Positions 37,574 through 49,507 of a DNA stretch of 64,000 bases are shown piece after piece. Below the pieces are notes generated by a model. It was not told where the DNA came from, searched no databases, and saw nothing but the letters and a program-made list of their open reading frames with translations. Positions within the stretch are counted from its first letter, which is position 1. Each line of letters opens with the position of its first letter. Source of the DNA: a virus (taxonomy: Duplodnaviria > Heunggongvirae > Uroviricota > Caudoviricetes); the IMG/VR virus record IMGVR_UViG_3300012269_000002, positions 18,407 through 82,406 of that record, one strand, 5' to 3'. The position numbers and the translations under genes were made by a program.

Positions 37574-40500
37574 ATGTCTGATAATATTAGAATAAAAACA
37601 ACACCAGGTGGTGGGGATAAGCGACTTAACGTAAAAATTGACCAGAAATTCGATTTTATCGAAATACTTTCACTTAAAATCTCACAAGAGGAAGCATATA
37701 GAAAATTCTGTTCGGACTACGGGGTTGTGGTCGGTAGGGTTATTGTTAATAATGGGTTAGGTGTACCTAATGCCAAGGTTTCTATTTTTATACCGATAGA
37801 TGAAGAAGATTCAATAGACCCAGAAATACTTGGACTTTACCCTTATGAGGTTATAACCGATAAGGATGAAGATGGTATTGGTTATAATTTAATGAGTAGA
37901 AGTGCCAGGGGTAAGGATGATTGTTACACATCAATAGGTACGTTCCCAAGTAAAAGGGAAATACAGGATAACCCAGAAATGACTGAAATTTATACCAAAT
38001 ATTATAAATTCAGTACAACTACAAACGAATCTGGTGATTTTATGTTATTCGGGGTACCAGTTGGGACCCATTACTTACATGTAGATGCTGACATATCGGA
38101 TATTGGTATATTATCACAAAGACCTTATGATTTAATTTCACAAGGTGTTGATAAAAATAAATTTTATTCAAGTAATAAATTTAAGGGTAGAACTGAAGAC
38201 CCGAACTTAACGCAGTTAAAAACGGTATCACCAGTGAGTGTTTCCGTTGTCCCATTTTGGGGTGATATAGATGAGTGTGAAATAGGTATTACTAGGGTTG
38301 ATGTTGATTTAAAAACAACGATTATCCCAACTGCAATATTTATGGGTTCCATATTCAGCGACAATGAAAAAAATAGTGTAAATAAAAATTGTAGACCAAG
38401 AAAAAACTTAGGTAAGGGTGATGAACTCGATACTGGTGGGGGTTCAATTAGAATGTTACGTTATAAAAACGATGGGTCAATAGAGAATTTTGACGTAGAG
38501 GGTGGTAGGGTTATAGACGATAATGGTGTTTGGGCCTATCAGATACCTATGAATATCGATTATGTGATAACTTCAGAAGATGGTACTTTAATTCCATCTG
38601 AAGACACTACTAAGGGTATAGCTACCAGAGCTAGAGTTAGGTTTAAAGTGGACATGGATTCAACGGGTGGTGAAGGTAGACTTAGAGCTAGGGCTAGTTA
38701 TTTAGTACCACATAACCCAGATAATTATTTTGATTCGGATTATTCGTTTGATAATACAACTAAGGATAAACATTTTACCGATTTATTTTGGAATAAGATT
38801 TATACGGTTAAAAATCATTTAACAAGGGTTCAGGGTGTTTCTAATGTGGAAAGAAGAACGTTTGTTGGTTTAAAAGATGTAGACGAGGGTGGTATTAATA
38901 ACCCTTTACCATTTAATAAAATGGATACCAAGACAAACCCATTATTTGTGGTTATTTGTATAATTCTTTCAATAATGGTATCACTAATTTGTTTTATTAA
39001 TAGTTTTATTATAATAACTATTAATCTTATTTTTTCGGGAATAAATGCTTTATTAAGAATGGTATGTAAAGTTATTTCTTCTTTAGCACTTGGTATAACA
39101 GATGCAGTACCCCGTAAAATTGGTCCTTTTAAAATATGGAGTGATGAAAAAAAAGATAAATTTAGACGTAAGGCATGTATGGGTTGTTGTGAAAATAATA
39201 GTTGTACCAGATGTAATTGTAATAATATTATAAAATTATTAGGTTATATCACACTTGGATGTAAAGAAGAAAAATATGCGATATGTGGTGGTGGTAAAGG
39301 TTGGTTGAAAAAAGCGACTCTAGAGGCTACTATATATAGACTTAGTCTTGATGTAAACGAACCAACAGATAATGCAGGTGAATGTCCTAAAGAACCAGAT
39401 TCTATTCCAGGTAATTTTCATTACCCTGGTGATTTACATTGTCATGAAGAAACAAAAATATTAGATATTTTTAAAATAGAAGATGCTGGATTTTTAAATT
39501 GTATATTATTACAAATTGCTGAAGCACTTAATGTATTTAAATTTGATTTTTATAATGATTGGATAAATGGTACATTATATTCATTTTTACTTAAATATAA
39601 GAAAAAGAAAAATAATGAAGGTAAATATTGTAATGTTGATAATAGTTATAGTAATTATATAGTTGATAGCTGCACATCCGCACCACCACAAGACCCAAGC
39701 GCAACCAGTGATAAGGTTGATTTAAGAGGTGGGGTCGATAGTAGTAGAAATATTAAAATTAATGAGGGCTATATTAAGCGTTTTAAGGGTGAATTATTTT
39801 ATGCTGCATATACAAGAACAAATGGTTATAAATTATTTGCAACAGATGTAGTTTCCTTAGGTTCCATTCTTGACTGTGATTGGCAAGGTGTACCTAAAAT
39901 ATATCCATGGTTAGTTGAAACAACATATAATGCACCACCACTCCAACATGAATATGTTATATTGGATAACGGTCAAAGAGTTATTGATGTATCTGGTTAT
40001 AATAGCAATGACTGTAATAATAATAATAGTCCCTTAATAGGTGAAATTACTTGTTTCGGTTTAAAAACTGGACCAAAACAATGTAATAATATTAAAAGAT
40101 TTAGTGAATTGGGTATGGGCCTAGATGAAAGGCGTATCGAGGATGGTGGATTGAATGTTGATAATACAATAAGTAATACAGACATTGAGAATCCGTTCAT
40201 TAGAGGTGCCTTTGTATTCGCAAATAGACAATCTCAAATAGGTGGGGCAACAATACCATTAACATATATAGATAGTTTATCTGGTGGTCAATATAGTTAT
40301 GACTATAACGACCCAACGTATAACCTATTTAGAAACCCTAATAAAAAAAGAATATGGCAATACGAAGATTCATTCTACTTTTATTTTGGACTTAATGCTG
40401 GTAAAACTGCATTAAATCTAATGTTAGATAAATTCTTCCCTACATGCATACCAGAAGTCGATAATGATTTCTTTGTACTGGTAAATAATATTATCGATGA

Positions 40501-41803
40501 TGATAATGGTCCATTACCAACAGGTTCAATTGAAATAGACGTTATAGGTGGTATCGGTCCTTTTTCTTTCCAATGGGTTGGGCCAGTAGTAAATGGTATT
40601 CAATATCCAACAGTAAACGATACCCAAAATATTAGTGATTTATTTGTTGGCACATATAACTTAATAGTAATCGATTCAATAGGTAATGTAATAAAAGGTT
40701 CCTTTATTGTACCAGGACCTCCTAGTGTTTTTTGCGAAGTACAAACGGTACCAACTAGTTCTTTTGGTGCATCCGATGGTGAAATAATTGTGGGTATTAT
40801 AAGTGGTACACCACCATATAGTATTGAATTATATAATGCCATAACTAATAATTTAATTAATACAGTATCTAATATAATAACTTCTTCATATAATATTACT
40901 GGTTTATCTAGTGGTAATTATAGGGTTTTAGTTAAAGATAATGGAACACCTGAAACACAGTGCTCCACTATTGTAAGTATAACTGAACCAGGGGCGTTAA
41001 ATATTGTGGTTGACGGTTCATCCGTTGGGTGTTTTGGTTCAACTAATGGTAGAGCTACTGTTGATATAAGTGGTGGGTTACCACCATATACTATATTATG
41101 GTCAAACGGTGGTAATACTACAAGTATTAATAATTTAGGACCTGGTAATTATTCAGTAACCGTTACTGACATTGCTGGACAAAGTGATAATGGGTCATTT
41201 ACGGTCACGAACCCACCACAAATTAATTATAATATAACAAGTAAAAATATTACTTGTTTATTTACGGATGATACTGAATTCAAAGAGGGTCTTGGGTCCG
41301 AAGATGGTGAGATAACCGTAAACGTATTAGGTGGTGGTTCACCTCCATTTACAATATCATTACAAGGGGGTTATAATGATATATCAAGAGTAATTAATGG
41401 AAACTCAACGGTATTTAGTAATTTACCTTATGGTTCATCGTTATTCTTTGATTCATATACTGTTATTATTACTGATTCTAGGGGTTGCTCTAGAATAGAA
41501 GATGTTTTTATTTATAGACCAGAATTTAAATTAGGTGGTAGTTTGGCCTATAATTCAAATACCTTAACAGCGACAGCAATAGGTGGGTTTGCGGTAACAA
41601 CTGATGAAGATGGAAACATAATCGGAAATTACACGTACAGATGGGAAACTATTCTTTCTGGTGGTTCAAACTTTACTGCGGTGACAACAACGACCAATAA
41701 CCAATATACACCAACAACATCTGGTAGATGGAGAGCTGTTATTATCGATAATAACGGAACTGGTGGTGCATGTGAGTTTATAACAAACGAAAGGACTGTT
41801 TAA
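37574..41803 (+). CDS. Large baseplate/fibre protein with Cys-rich core and C-terminal SprB-like repeats
   Basis: N-terminal GVVVGRV..NNG.GVPNAKVSIF beta-sandwich, an internal hydrophobic segment, and about five G.I...V.GG..PY...W repeats. Confidence 0.65.
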   Translation: MSDNIRIKTTPGGGDKRLNVKIDQKFDFIEILSLKISQEEAYRKFCSDYGVVVGRVIVNNGLGVPNAKVSIFIPIDEEDSIDPEILGLYPYEVITDKDEDGIGYNLMSRSARGKDDCYTSIGTFPSKREIQDNPEMTEIYTKYYKFSTTTNESGDFMLFGVPVGTHYLHVDADISDIGILSQRPYDLISQGVDKNKFYSSNKFKGRTEDPNLTQLKTVSPVSVSVVPFWGDIDECEIGITRVDVDLKTTIIPTAIFMGSIFSDNEKNSVNKNCRPRKNLGKGDELDTGGGSIRMLRYKNDGSIENFDVEGGRVIDDNGVWAYQIPMNIDYVITSEDGTLIPSEDTTKGIATRARVRFKVDMDSTGGEGRLRARASYLVPHNPDNYFDSDYSFDNTTKDKHFTDLFWNKIYTVKNHLTRVQGVSNVERRTFVGLKDVDEGGINNPLPFNKMDTKTNPLFVVICIILSIMVSLICFINSFIIITINLIFSGINALLRMVCKVISSLALGITDAVPRKIGPFKIWSDEKKDKFRRKACMGCCENNSCTRCNCNNIIKLLGYITLGCKEEKYAICGGGKGWLKKATLEATIYRLSLDVNEPTDNAGECPKEPDSIPGNFHYPGDLHCHEETKILDIFKIEDAGFLNCILLQIAEALNVFKFDFYNDWINGTLYSFLLKYKKKKNNEGKYCNVDNSYSNYIVDSCTSAPPQDPSATSDKVDLRGGVDSSRNIKINEGYIKRFKGELFYAAYTRTNGYKLFATDVVSLGSILDCDWQGVPKIYPWLVETTYNAPPLQHEYVILDNGQRVIDVSGYNSNDCNNNNSPLIGEITCFGLKTGPKQCNNIKRFSELGMGLDERRIEDGGLNVDNTISNTDIENPFIRGAFVFANRQSQIGGATIPLTYIDSLSGGQYSYDYNDPTYNLFRNPNKKRIWQYEDSFYFYFGLNAGKTALNLMLDKFFPTCIPEVDNDFFVLVNNIIDDDNGPLPTGSIEIDVIGGIGPFSFQWVGPVVNGIQYPTVNDTQNISDLFVGTYNLIVIDSIGNVIKGSFIVPGPPSVFCEVQTVPTSSFGASDGEIIVGIISGTPPYSIELYNAITNNLINTVSNIITSSYNITGLSSGNYRVLVKDNGTPETQCSTIVSITEPGALNIVVDGSSVGCFGSTNGRATVDISGGLPPYTILWSNGGNTTSINNLGPGNYSVTVTDIAGQSDNGSFTVTNPPQINYNITSKNITCLFTDDTEFKEGLGSEDGEITVNVLGGGSPPFTISLQGGYNDISRVINGNSTVFSNLPYGSSLFFDSYTVIITDSRGCSRIEDVFIYRPEFKLGGSLAYNSNTLTATAIGGFAVTTDEDGNIIGNYTYRWETILSGGSNFTAVTTTTNNQYTPTTSGRWRAVIIDNNGTGGACEFITNERTV

Positions 41804-41805
41804 TT

Positions 41806-43536
41806 ATGGATAAAAGAATAAAAAATAAGTTAAATAGTGGTGTATCTAAATTAGATATAAACACCAATTCATATGTTAAAGTTGAATTAGGTGGTGAATT
41901 AAATGTTTTACCACCAGGTGAAATTAATTATGTGTTAGATGTAAATGAACAATTTGATAAAGAGCGTAGGGAATCGCAAATATATAGGTTCACATTTACA
42001 ATTTCACCCCTATTCAGTAATGTTCTACATAATGTTAGAGGTAATAACAACCTAGGGACATTCGGTAATTCAATAATACCTAAATTTGGTAACGGCTTAA
42101 CCACTCTCAATGATTTATTATTTAGGGAAGACCCATATGATAATGATTTTACGGGTCAATTGGAATTAACATACGAAGAGGCAATCAACAGAAACTTAAA
42201 AGAAGTTAACGGTTGGTTTGGATTTTACGACCCAGATTTAACTAGAGGTTCCTTATGTAAGTTTTATGATTTGGAACCAACTAGGGAGCGTTTTGATTTA
42301 AACTCTAGTATTAATAAAAATTGGGGTATGACAATAACGTATCCTTACGCCAGTGATGACACTCACATCATCGTAAACGGTGGTTTAAATATTATAGAGG
42401 CAGAATCAGTATTAGTTGGTAATGTACCCATGGTGGCCTTGGGTGTGTCTACTAAACATGGTCTAAACAACGGTGATACAGTTAGGTTATTAAATATGCC
42501 CAATTCAAATTATGAAGGTGATTTTAGGGTAAGAAGATTAGGTCTGGATAACGGTGATAATAAAGATAACTATTTTGTGGTTAGTATTGACCCGACCACT
42601 GTACCGATTGGTGGTAACTTTAGTAATGGTAGAATGAGAAGGGTAGTAAATGGTGAACCATCAACTTACTATGTTAGAAAGTTCAAAAAAATTATGTTAA
42701 ATGAGGATAACTTTGAAATTTATCCTCTAGCATACAGTAAGACTATTTTTAATGATAGTATTTTCCAAATGATAGTTAACGAGGATATTGATATTTCTGA
42801 ATTAACCGATAATCTAGGTAGACCATTAAGTGAACTATATCTTACATTTGTTAAAACAAATAGTCAGGGTACGTTCGGACCAGTTAAGAGTGGTTTTGAT
42901 TTAGAGTTTCTACCTGGTAATCTAATTGAAAACTTATCTAATGTTAGAAGAATTCATGATGGTGCCAGTAATGACCCGTTCACATCACAATTATCATTGG
43001 AATTTCAATTAAGTATGGATTCATATGATGAGTTTTACGGTGACATTGTTGAATATAATAAATTTGAATTGAAAGAAACCGTTTTATCGGATGTTTTACA
43101 CAGATTTAATACCGTCAATAGGGAACAAATTTATAGTGGAGTGGCCGATGGACCTAGAAGAGAAGGTTATCTATATAAACCACATCATAAAATACAAATA
43201 AAACAGTTTTCATTGTATATCGAACAAGGCGATTCAAGCACTCTTGATATACCAGATTACGCAGAAGATTTAGGTGATGGTAGATTTTTATGGAGGGATT
43301 TACTGGATATAGGAATCTCCAATGGTGAAAATGATGTATTAGATTACCCATTCACAAATGGGACACACTATATATATAAACAATTGTGTTTAAATACTAT
43401 AAGACAAGACCCATTCGGTGTTTATGATTTATTTTATAGTGGTATAAACACAGAAACCGACTTTTCACCAGCTGACCCTATCGGTGATGCAATAACGGAT
43501 AAGTTTACAATTAAAAATAGTGGAGATGCGTGTTAA
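41806..43536 (+). CDS. Probable baseplate/structural protein
   Basis: 576-aa ORF within a contiguous baseplate operon. Confidence 0.6.
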   Translation: MDKRIKNKLNSGVSKLDINTNSYVKVELGGELNVLPPGEINYVLDVNEQFDKERRESQIYRFTFTISPLFSNVLHNVRGNNNLGTFGNSIIPKFGNGLTTLNDLLFREDPYDNDFTGQLELTYEEAINRNLKEVNGWFGFYDPDLTRGSLCKFYDLEPTRERFDLNSSINKNWGMTITYPYASDDTHIIVNGGLNIIEAESVLVGNVPMVALGVSTKHGLNNGDTVRLLNMPNSNYEGDFRVRRLGLDNGDNKDNYFVVSIDPTTVPIGGNFSNGRMRRVVNGEPSTYYVRKFKKIMLNEDNFEIYPLAYSKTIFNDSIFQMIVNEDIDISELTDNLGRPLSELYLTFVKTNSQGTFGPVKSGFDLEFLPGNLIENLSNVRRIHDGASNDPFTSQLSLEFQLSMDSYDEFYGDIVEYNKFELKETVLSDVLHRFNTVNREQIYSGVADGPRREGYLYKPHHKIQIKQFSLYIEQGDSSTLDIPDYAEDLGDGRFLWRDLLDIGISNGENDVLDYPFTNGTHYIYKQLCLNTIRQDPFGVYDLFYSGINTETDFSPADPIGDAITDKFTIKNSGDAC

Positions 43537-44368
43537 CAACTATACATTAAAAATACCTACAATGAGTGGGTCAACTGGTCTTAAAATAGATTTACCGATA
43601 AGTCAATCAATTGGTTTAGCTGGTCAATCTGAAATTATAGAATCAAAATTCGTAAATGTTGAGGTAGAAAACTCTATTAATCGAACATTCGATTATGAGA
43701 AAGTTAAATTTTTACCTAAAAACTCATTAAACGATAATTTGGTTAATGGTATCTTATATAAATTAAATTTTATAGATAATGGGGCTTACCCATCGAATAC
43801 CTATTGGTCCAATATCGGTTTAACTAATAATGATTTTAAATTTAGAAAAAATGGTTTTGTTAAATCTTTTTTAAGGTTGGATTTTTATAATACGGACATA
43901 ACCTCAACTCAAAGGTTATTATTTTTCATAACTTTATTTCCTAAGTTTAATTTAAATGACCTACAAAGTAACGGTACACATCCACAACCATCTAATTATA
44001 GTGTAACATTTAGGTTAGGGAATAATATAATAGATAAAAAAGTTAACGGTGAGGGGTTTGCAATATACTATTTTAAAGATGAGGTATTACCGACTGTACC
44101 CAAAGAGCTTTATATGAGGGCCACCTTCAATAATGCAAAAACTGGTAAAACTACTAGATTTATGTCAAATAATAATCTAAATCTAAGTATAGATAATTTA
44201 ATTAAGACGACTAGTGGAACTAATTTGGTGAACAACTTACATACTAGATATTTATTAGAAAGGGATGTTGATGGTTATTATTATAGACTGGATTCTACTT
44301 ACTCAAATAACATATTGAATAGTTCAGATAATTATTCAATAAATTTATATGAAATCAGTGTACAATAA
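43520..44368 (+). CDS. Probable baseplate/structural protein
   Basis: 282-aa ORF overlapping neighbours. Confidence 0.6.
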   Translation: MEMRVNNYTLKIPTMSGSTGLKIDLPISQSIGLAGQSEIIESKFVNVEVENSINRTFDYEKVKFLPKNSLNDNLVNGILYKLNFIDNGAYPSNTYWSNIGLTNNDFKFRKNGFVKSFLRLDFYNTDITSTQRLLFFITLFPKFNLNDLQSNGTHPQPSNYSVTFRLGNNIIDKKVNGEGFAIYYFKDEVLPTVPKELYMRATFNNAKTGKTTRFMSNNNLNLSIDNLIKTTSGTNLVNNLHTRYLLERDVDGYYYRLDSTYSNNILNSSDNYSINLYEISVQ

Positions 44369-45231
44369 TGAAGATAATTAAACGAAAAATATCATTAGAC
44401 GACTTTATCAGTAAGGAACCTGGAACTTGGGGCAACCTATTGGTCGAGTCATTTAATATAAATGTTTTCATAACCCAGGATTCCGATGATATGGGTATAA
44501 TGACTGATTTAGACTTCGTACCTAAAGATAATACAACCCCAGATTACCAAATATTAACGGATAAGTTAAGTACACTTGGTCTTAACTTTAATTTCATGAA
44601 CGGTGGTACATTTAATACCTCACAAACTGAAATTGAATCCAGCACTAGAATTGCTGACTATAACCATAGTGATTATTTTGTTGAGGGTGGTATTGTTTCT
44701 GGACTAACGGAAGATAGGTTAGATGTAGTTAAATCATATGATAGGGATTTGGTCTATAAACCTTTATTTGATGTTGATAAGGGTGTATATTTGGATTATA
44801 GGGGTAATAATGTAAACGGTGTAACCAGGGTAAATAGTAATTTAAATAACTTGAACCCTATCACTTATTCCGAGGATGTTAATATTAGCGACCCAAATAT
44901 AGGTACAATATCTCAGAGTAGTGGATTGTACTTTATGACGTACAATAATATAATCAGGGAATTAGTTACACCAGATTTAGGAATTGTTGAAATCCCAACG
45001 ACAAAAATGTATTATAAGTCCCAAGGCTTTAACGATACGAACACATTAATAGCGGCAAACGTAAAGGAAGAATATTTATTTGGTATAACAACGGCACCAG
45101 AAGTTCAAAGTGATGTATTTATTGATAGAGGAAGAAATACGATATTACAAAGACATTTACAATTAGGTGAAATTACAAACATTAGTGATTTAATCAATTA
45201 TGGTAATGGATTTTATAAAATAATAAAATAA
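44368..45231 (+). CDS. Probable baseplate/structural protein
   Basis: 287-aa ORF with TAATG stop/start overlap. Confidence 0.6.
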   Translation: MKIIKRKISLDDFISKEPGTWGNLLVESFNINVFITQDSDDMGIMTDLDFVPKDNTTPDYQILTDKLSTLGLNFNFMNGGTFNTSQTEIESSTRIADYNHSDYFVEGGIVSGLTEDRLDVVKSYDRDLVYKPLFDVDKGVYLDYRGNNVNGVTRVNSNLNNLNPITYSEDVNISDPNIGTISQSSGLYFMTYNNIIRELVTPDLGIVEIPTTKMYYKSQGFNDTNTLIAANVKEEYLFGITTAPEVQSDVFIDRGRNTILQRHLQLGEITNISDLINYGNGFYKIIK

Positions 45232-45250
45232 AAATTAAAAGTAGAATATA

Positions 45251-46162
45251 ATGAGTGGAACATATGGTACAGTAAGGTCGGCAGACATGTCACCAGAAGA
45301 CGTTGATATAACAGTTTTTTATTCCCCGAATAGGGAATCGGTAAATAGTAACGTATTTAAACTGGATTCTCAAAATTTAAGACCAATAAATAACCCAAAT
45401 AATACGACTGGTGGGTTTGAAATTTTCGGTGGATTATATTCACTTAATCTACCCGTTGAGAATTTTAGCTCTAAGGGTATCTATACAATAGTATTTAAAC
45501 CAGTTGAAATAAGAACTAGAATAGTAGATTGCGGTGTTTTATCGGCTTTTCCAGATATAAAGGGAATATTATTCGATGCATCAGATAGTAATTTAACCGA
45601 CTTTATCGATAAGTTCGAGAATAATAATCTTGTTGGATATCGAATCGAATATTTAACCACAAGTAACTTAAATACTAATAAAAAGATAAGAAATTTCTTT
45701 AAGATAGTAACATCAAATAATAGGGCAGAACCCGTTAACCAAAACTTAACGAATACTAATCAAAAAGCAATAAGATATAGATTTAATGATAACTCTAGTC
45801 TAGTTTTTTGTACTGTTTCCCCTTCATCATCCAGTAATGTAAAACCAAATATTTTACCTTTTATCGGGTCACCGAACCAGGATGTAATTATAACCAATAC
45901 TTTCTTTAGCCCTTTTGTACTTGAAGTTGAATTAGTTGAATATGATATAGAATCATTGGCTATCGGGTTATTCGGAAATCAAACAAAAAGTCTTGAAGAT
46001 GGAGTTTATACACTATATAACTTTAATGATGATATTTATAAACAATACAATCTATTTGAGATTAAAGATAGGTTTAGTGGTAAGCCATTATTTGAAATTA
46101 AGGAAAATAGACTTAATAATATTGACTTTACAAAGGGATTTGATGATATATCAGATATATAA
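45251..46162 (+). CDS. Probable baseplate/structural protein
   Basis: 303-aa ORF in the operon. Confidence 0.6.
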   Translation: MSGTYGTVRSADMSPEDVDITVFYSPNRESVNSNVFKLDSQNLRPINNPNNTTGGFEIFGGLYSLNLPVENFSSKGIYTIVFKPVEIRTRIVDCGVLSAFPDIKGILFDASDSNLTDFIDKFENNNLVGYRIEYLTTSNLNTNKKIRNFFKIVTSNNRAEPVNQNLTNTNQKAIRYRFNDNSSLVFCTVSPSSSSNVKPNILPFIGSPNQDVIITNTFFSPFVLEVELVEYDIESLAIGLFGNQTKSLEDGVYTLYNFNDDIYKQYNLFEIKDRFSGKPLFEIKENRLNNIDFTKGFDDISDI

Positions 46163-46183
46163 TAAAATGATAAAATAAAACAT

Positions 46184-49100
46184 ATGAGTGATAAAATTAA
46201 AGTGGTCGGTTACGCTCAAAGGGTTTTTCTTGGGGATGGAATTGAATACAGGAACTTTACCGAAGACTTAGTTGGAAATCAACAAACGGAGGGTGATGAT
46301 GGCACTGGTGCGAATTCAAACTTTACATTAAACAACTTTGTTATCACAACTAATTTTGAGGGTAGAACAAGTAGGTTATACGACACTAAAAAATTTAGTG
46401 ATTTTATAACCCTAAACACTTTAGATATATCAAGCATTGAAGCCACTAAATTATTAAGTAATAATATAAATATTAAAATTAACTTAGATAATACTAATTT
46501 ATCTAATTTTGCATACTTTGGTTCCGCAACCGAATTTGTTAGGGTCAGCCTTGAAAATATAATTACTTCGTGGCCAGCATCATTGTATATGGTTCCGAGT
46601 AGACTTAATAATTTAGGTGTAACCACCAACGGTTTTACTGTTTTAAATTATAATTACGACTTATTGTTAAATAAGGCGAAATTTACCGTTGATACTAATT
46701 TCATTAATAATAAATTTGATATTAATTACCAAAAAAACGGTAATATTGTAGATACATTTAATGAGGGTAATGATTTAAGGAATTTATCCGCAAACTTCAG
46801 TAGTTATGTTATTCTGGTCGGTGACGATGAATACCCTATTATAGGATATAGTGGGTCAGAAAATAAATTAAACGACTATATTAACTTCGAGGTCTATGGT
46901 GACCCATTTAAAGTTTCAGGTGGCACCAATTTAATGTTGAGATATCACATTAAACCTAAGAATTTATTAGTTGAAGAATTTTTTAATTCATTAAACGGTT
47001 TTGAATCTAATCTATTAAATAGGTTAGTAACGCCTAAATATACATCCGAATACGACTATCAAGTGGAAAGTGACACTGGGGTCTTGATTAATAGAAGTCA
47101 AAAATTGACGTGGCCCGTTACCGATGGGTATAATATTGATTTTAGCACTAATGATTATACCGAATTTGTAACTAAACTAGTAGAAATAAGTAATGATAAG
47201 GATGCCCTACAAAGTAACCTTGTCGCTAGATTTTTAACCTCGGAATCAATTTCAGATTTTGATACCTTACCAACATGTGACGGTAATACACAAGAGACTT
47301 CTGGGCAAAAAATGAATAAAACCCTTAAAATATATGGTAGGGAGTTTGATGAAGTTAAAAAATATATAGACGGTATATCATATGCAAACGTGGTAACCTA
47401 TGATAAAAAAGATAATACCCCAGACCAGTTAGTTAAGAATTTAGCTAGAATTTTAGGTTGGGAATTAGTATCATCAGTTCTAAACGAAGATTTGGTATCA
47501 TCTTATCTACTACCAAAGAAATCATCACTACTTGGACAAAGTAGAGGTTTGACGGCACAAGAGGCAGATATTGAAATGTGGAGAAGATTAATTCTAAACT
47601 CGGCTTGGATATGGAAATCAAAGGGAACTAGAAAGGCTGTTGAGTTTTTCTTTAAATTTATAGGTGCACCAGAAGGTCTTATTAATTTTAACGAGTTCGT
47701 GTACTCCGTTAAATCCCCGATTAATATGGAATTATTCATGAGTGTTCTAGAAAATAATAATCTAGACACTAATTTGGATTTTTATAATGTTGATTCCGAA
47801 GGTTACCCAAAATTCTTTGATAATACATCCGACATGTACTTTCAAAAGGGTGGTAAGTGGTACAGGGAAACGGGGGGGGCTAATGCAACACAAAATATAT
47901 CAACGGGCAATAACCCCCATGTTGGTCCATACGATAACGGTAGGGAATATATAAACCAATTAAATAATATTATTCCATCGTTCAGCGCATTTACATTAAC
48001 GTCAACAACGACAACCACTTCAAGTGAACAATTGTTCAGTAATTATAATAGTGGTATATTTAACGGATATTCTGGACCAACTTATTTTAATGTGGTTGAT
48101 GAAGAAGGTCAAAATTTTAGTAGTATAGTAACAATAACACCAACTATAATTAGTGACCCATGCCCACAATCGGAACAAACTGATTGTGGTTGTGATGTCG
48201 ATGAAGATGATGAGGCTATAAAAATAGATATTCAAAATAGGGGTGTTTGTTTAAATTTAGATTGTGATTCTATGTTTAATAGAATTGACTTTAACCAATT
48301 AGATGATTTATATCTATTCAATTATAAGGTATATAATATGGATGGTTCGGAATCTACGACAATTAATAAGGAAAGTAAATTTGGACCAAGAGAATGTTGC
48401 TCTGGTTTGTTAGATAATAGAAACAACCCTAGTAGGTCATATTATCATGAAGAATTCCAATATACGGGTATGACTGAAACGAATGTCCAAGTGTTTATAT
48501 CAGAACCGAAGAACAGTGGGTATATCTGCTGCTCATCAAATGGTATTGAGTCTGATTTAGGTTTACTTGGGTGCGGTAAAGAACTATCCTGTCAATGGCA
48601 ATTAGTATCGACTAATATATCTGATATGTGGCAATTCAATGAAGAGCCAGGTTTAGTGTTTTTAACCTTTAAGGACCCAAGGGGTAATAGTAGATTAGTT
48701 AATGTGGCTGATTCTGGTTTCTGTGTTGTGGGTAGTACCCCTAAAATTGTTACAGACCCATTTACTGGTGAGGTTGGGTATGCGTGTGCGGTATCTAATA
48801 ACACAACAAAACTTAGAGAAATACGTGATATATATTTGAATAGGGCTAAGGGTATAATTGGTTGTTCAGCACCAACGCCAACGCCTACTAGAACGCCAAC
48901 GCCAACGCCTACTAGAACGCCAACGCCAACGCCAACGCCTACTAGAACGCCAACGCCTACTAGAACGCCAACGCCAACGCCTACTAGAACGCCAACGCCA
49001 ACGCCTACTAGAACGCCAACGCCAACGCCTACTAGAACGCCAACGCCTACTAGAACGCCAACACCAACACCTACTAGAACGCCAACACCAACGCCTACTA

Positions 49101-49315
49101 GAACGCCAACGCCAACGCCAATTGTAGAATGTTTTTCTTACGAGATACAAAATAACGATAGTGAAGATTTAGTTTTCGAATATACGGATTGTAGTGGAGT
49201 TTTTATACAAGTTACCTTAAGTCAATTTGATGTAGATGCTGTATGTGCTCAATTTCAACCTACTATTAGAAGTGGTTTTGGGTTTGTATCAAACGCTTTA
49301 GAGCAATGTAATTAA
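46184..49315 (+). CDS. Baseplate wedge protein (gp7/P2 gpI-like) with Cys-rich domains and Pro-Thr linker
   Basis: [15 protein letters not shown]...[24 protein letters not shown] gpI-like signature; C-terminal (TP)nTR repeat. Confidence 0.7.
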   Translation: MSDKIKVVGYAQRVFLGDGIEYRNFTEDLVGNQQTEGDDGTGANSNFTLNNFVITTNFEGRTSRLYDTKKFSDFITLNTLDISSIEATKLLSNNINIKINLDNTNLSNFAYFGSATEFVRVSLENIITSWPASLYMVPSRLNNLGVTTNGFTVLNYNYDLLLNKAKFTVDTNFINNKFDINYQKNGNIVDTFNEGNDLRNLSANFSSYVILVGDDEYPIIGYSGSENKLNDYINFEVYGDPFKVSGGTNLMLRYHIKPKNLLVEEFFNSLNGFESNLLNRLVTPKYTSEYDYQVESDTGVLINRSQKLTWPVTDGYNIDFSTNDYTEFVTKLVEISNDKDALQSNLVARFLTSESISDFDTLPTCDGNTQETSGQKMNKTLKIYGREFDEVKKYIDGISYANVVTYDKKDNTPDQLVKNLARILGWELVSSVLNEDLVSSYLLPKKSSLLGQSRGLTAQEADIEMWRRLILNSAWIWKSKGTRKAVEFFFKFIGAPEGLINFNEFVYSVKSPINMELFMSVLENNNLDTNLDFYNVDSEGYPKFFDNTSDMYFQKGGKWYRETGGANATQNISTGNNPHVGPYDNGREYINQLNNIIPSFSAFTLTSTTTTTSSEQLFSNYNSGIFNGYSGPTYFNVVDEEGQNFSSIVTITPTIISDPCPQSEQTDCGCDVDEDDEAIKIDIQNRGVCLNLDCDSMFNRIDFNQLDDLYLFNYKVYNMDGSESTTINKESKFGPRECCSGLLDNRNNPSRSYYHEEFQYTGMTETNVQVFISEPKNSGYICCSSNGIESDLGLLGCGKELSCQWQLVSTNISDMWQFNEEPGLVFLTFKDPRGNSRLVNVADSGFCVVGSTPKIVTDPFTGEVGYACAVSNNTTKLREIRDIYLNRAKGIIGCSAPTPTPTRTPTPTPTRTPTPTPTPTRTPTPTRTPTPTPTRTPTPTPTRTPTPTPTRTPTPTRTPTPTPTRTPTPTPTRTPTPTPIVECFSYEIQNNDSEDLVFEYTDCSGVFIQVTLSQFDVDAVCAQFQPTIRSGFGFVSNALEQCN
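48872..49120 (+). repeat. Coding minisatellite encoding an 83-aa Pro-Thr-Arg linker
   Basis: ACGCCA hexamers punctuated by ten CCTACTAGA units; nearly identical codons throughout. Confidence 0.95.
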
Positions 49316-49507
49316 TAAATTATAATAAAAAAATAATTAAAATACCCTTATTCATAGATTACGACAAATACGATAATATAGATTGTACAAAAGATAGCAG
49401 TAAAATACCACAAATATTTAGTAACTCCTTAGAGTTATATTTTAATGAAAAAAGCTTAATTTATAGTATTTTATGAATGGTATTTAAATGATATAATTAC
49501 AATATTT

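Noticed and set aside
48872-49120. Possible CRISPR-like array
   Set aside because: No unique spacers; it is an in-frame coding repeat. The 29-bp repeat at 139-199 has only two copies and a 3-nt gap, so it is not CRISPR either.
48858-49150. ORFs 48858-49127 (+, RQRQRLLE repeats) and 48866-49150 (-, RWRWRSSR repeats)
   Set aside because: Alternative frames of the Pro-Thr minisatellite, which simply lacks stop codons.
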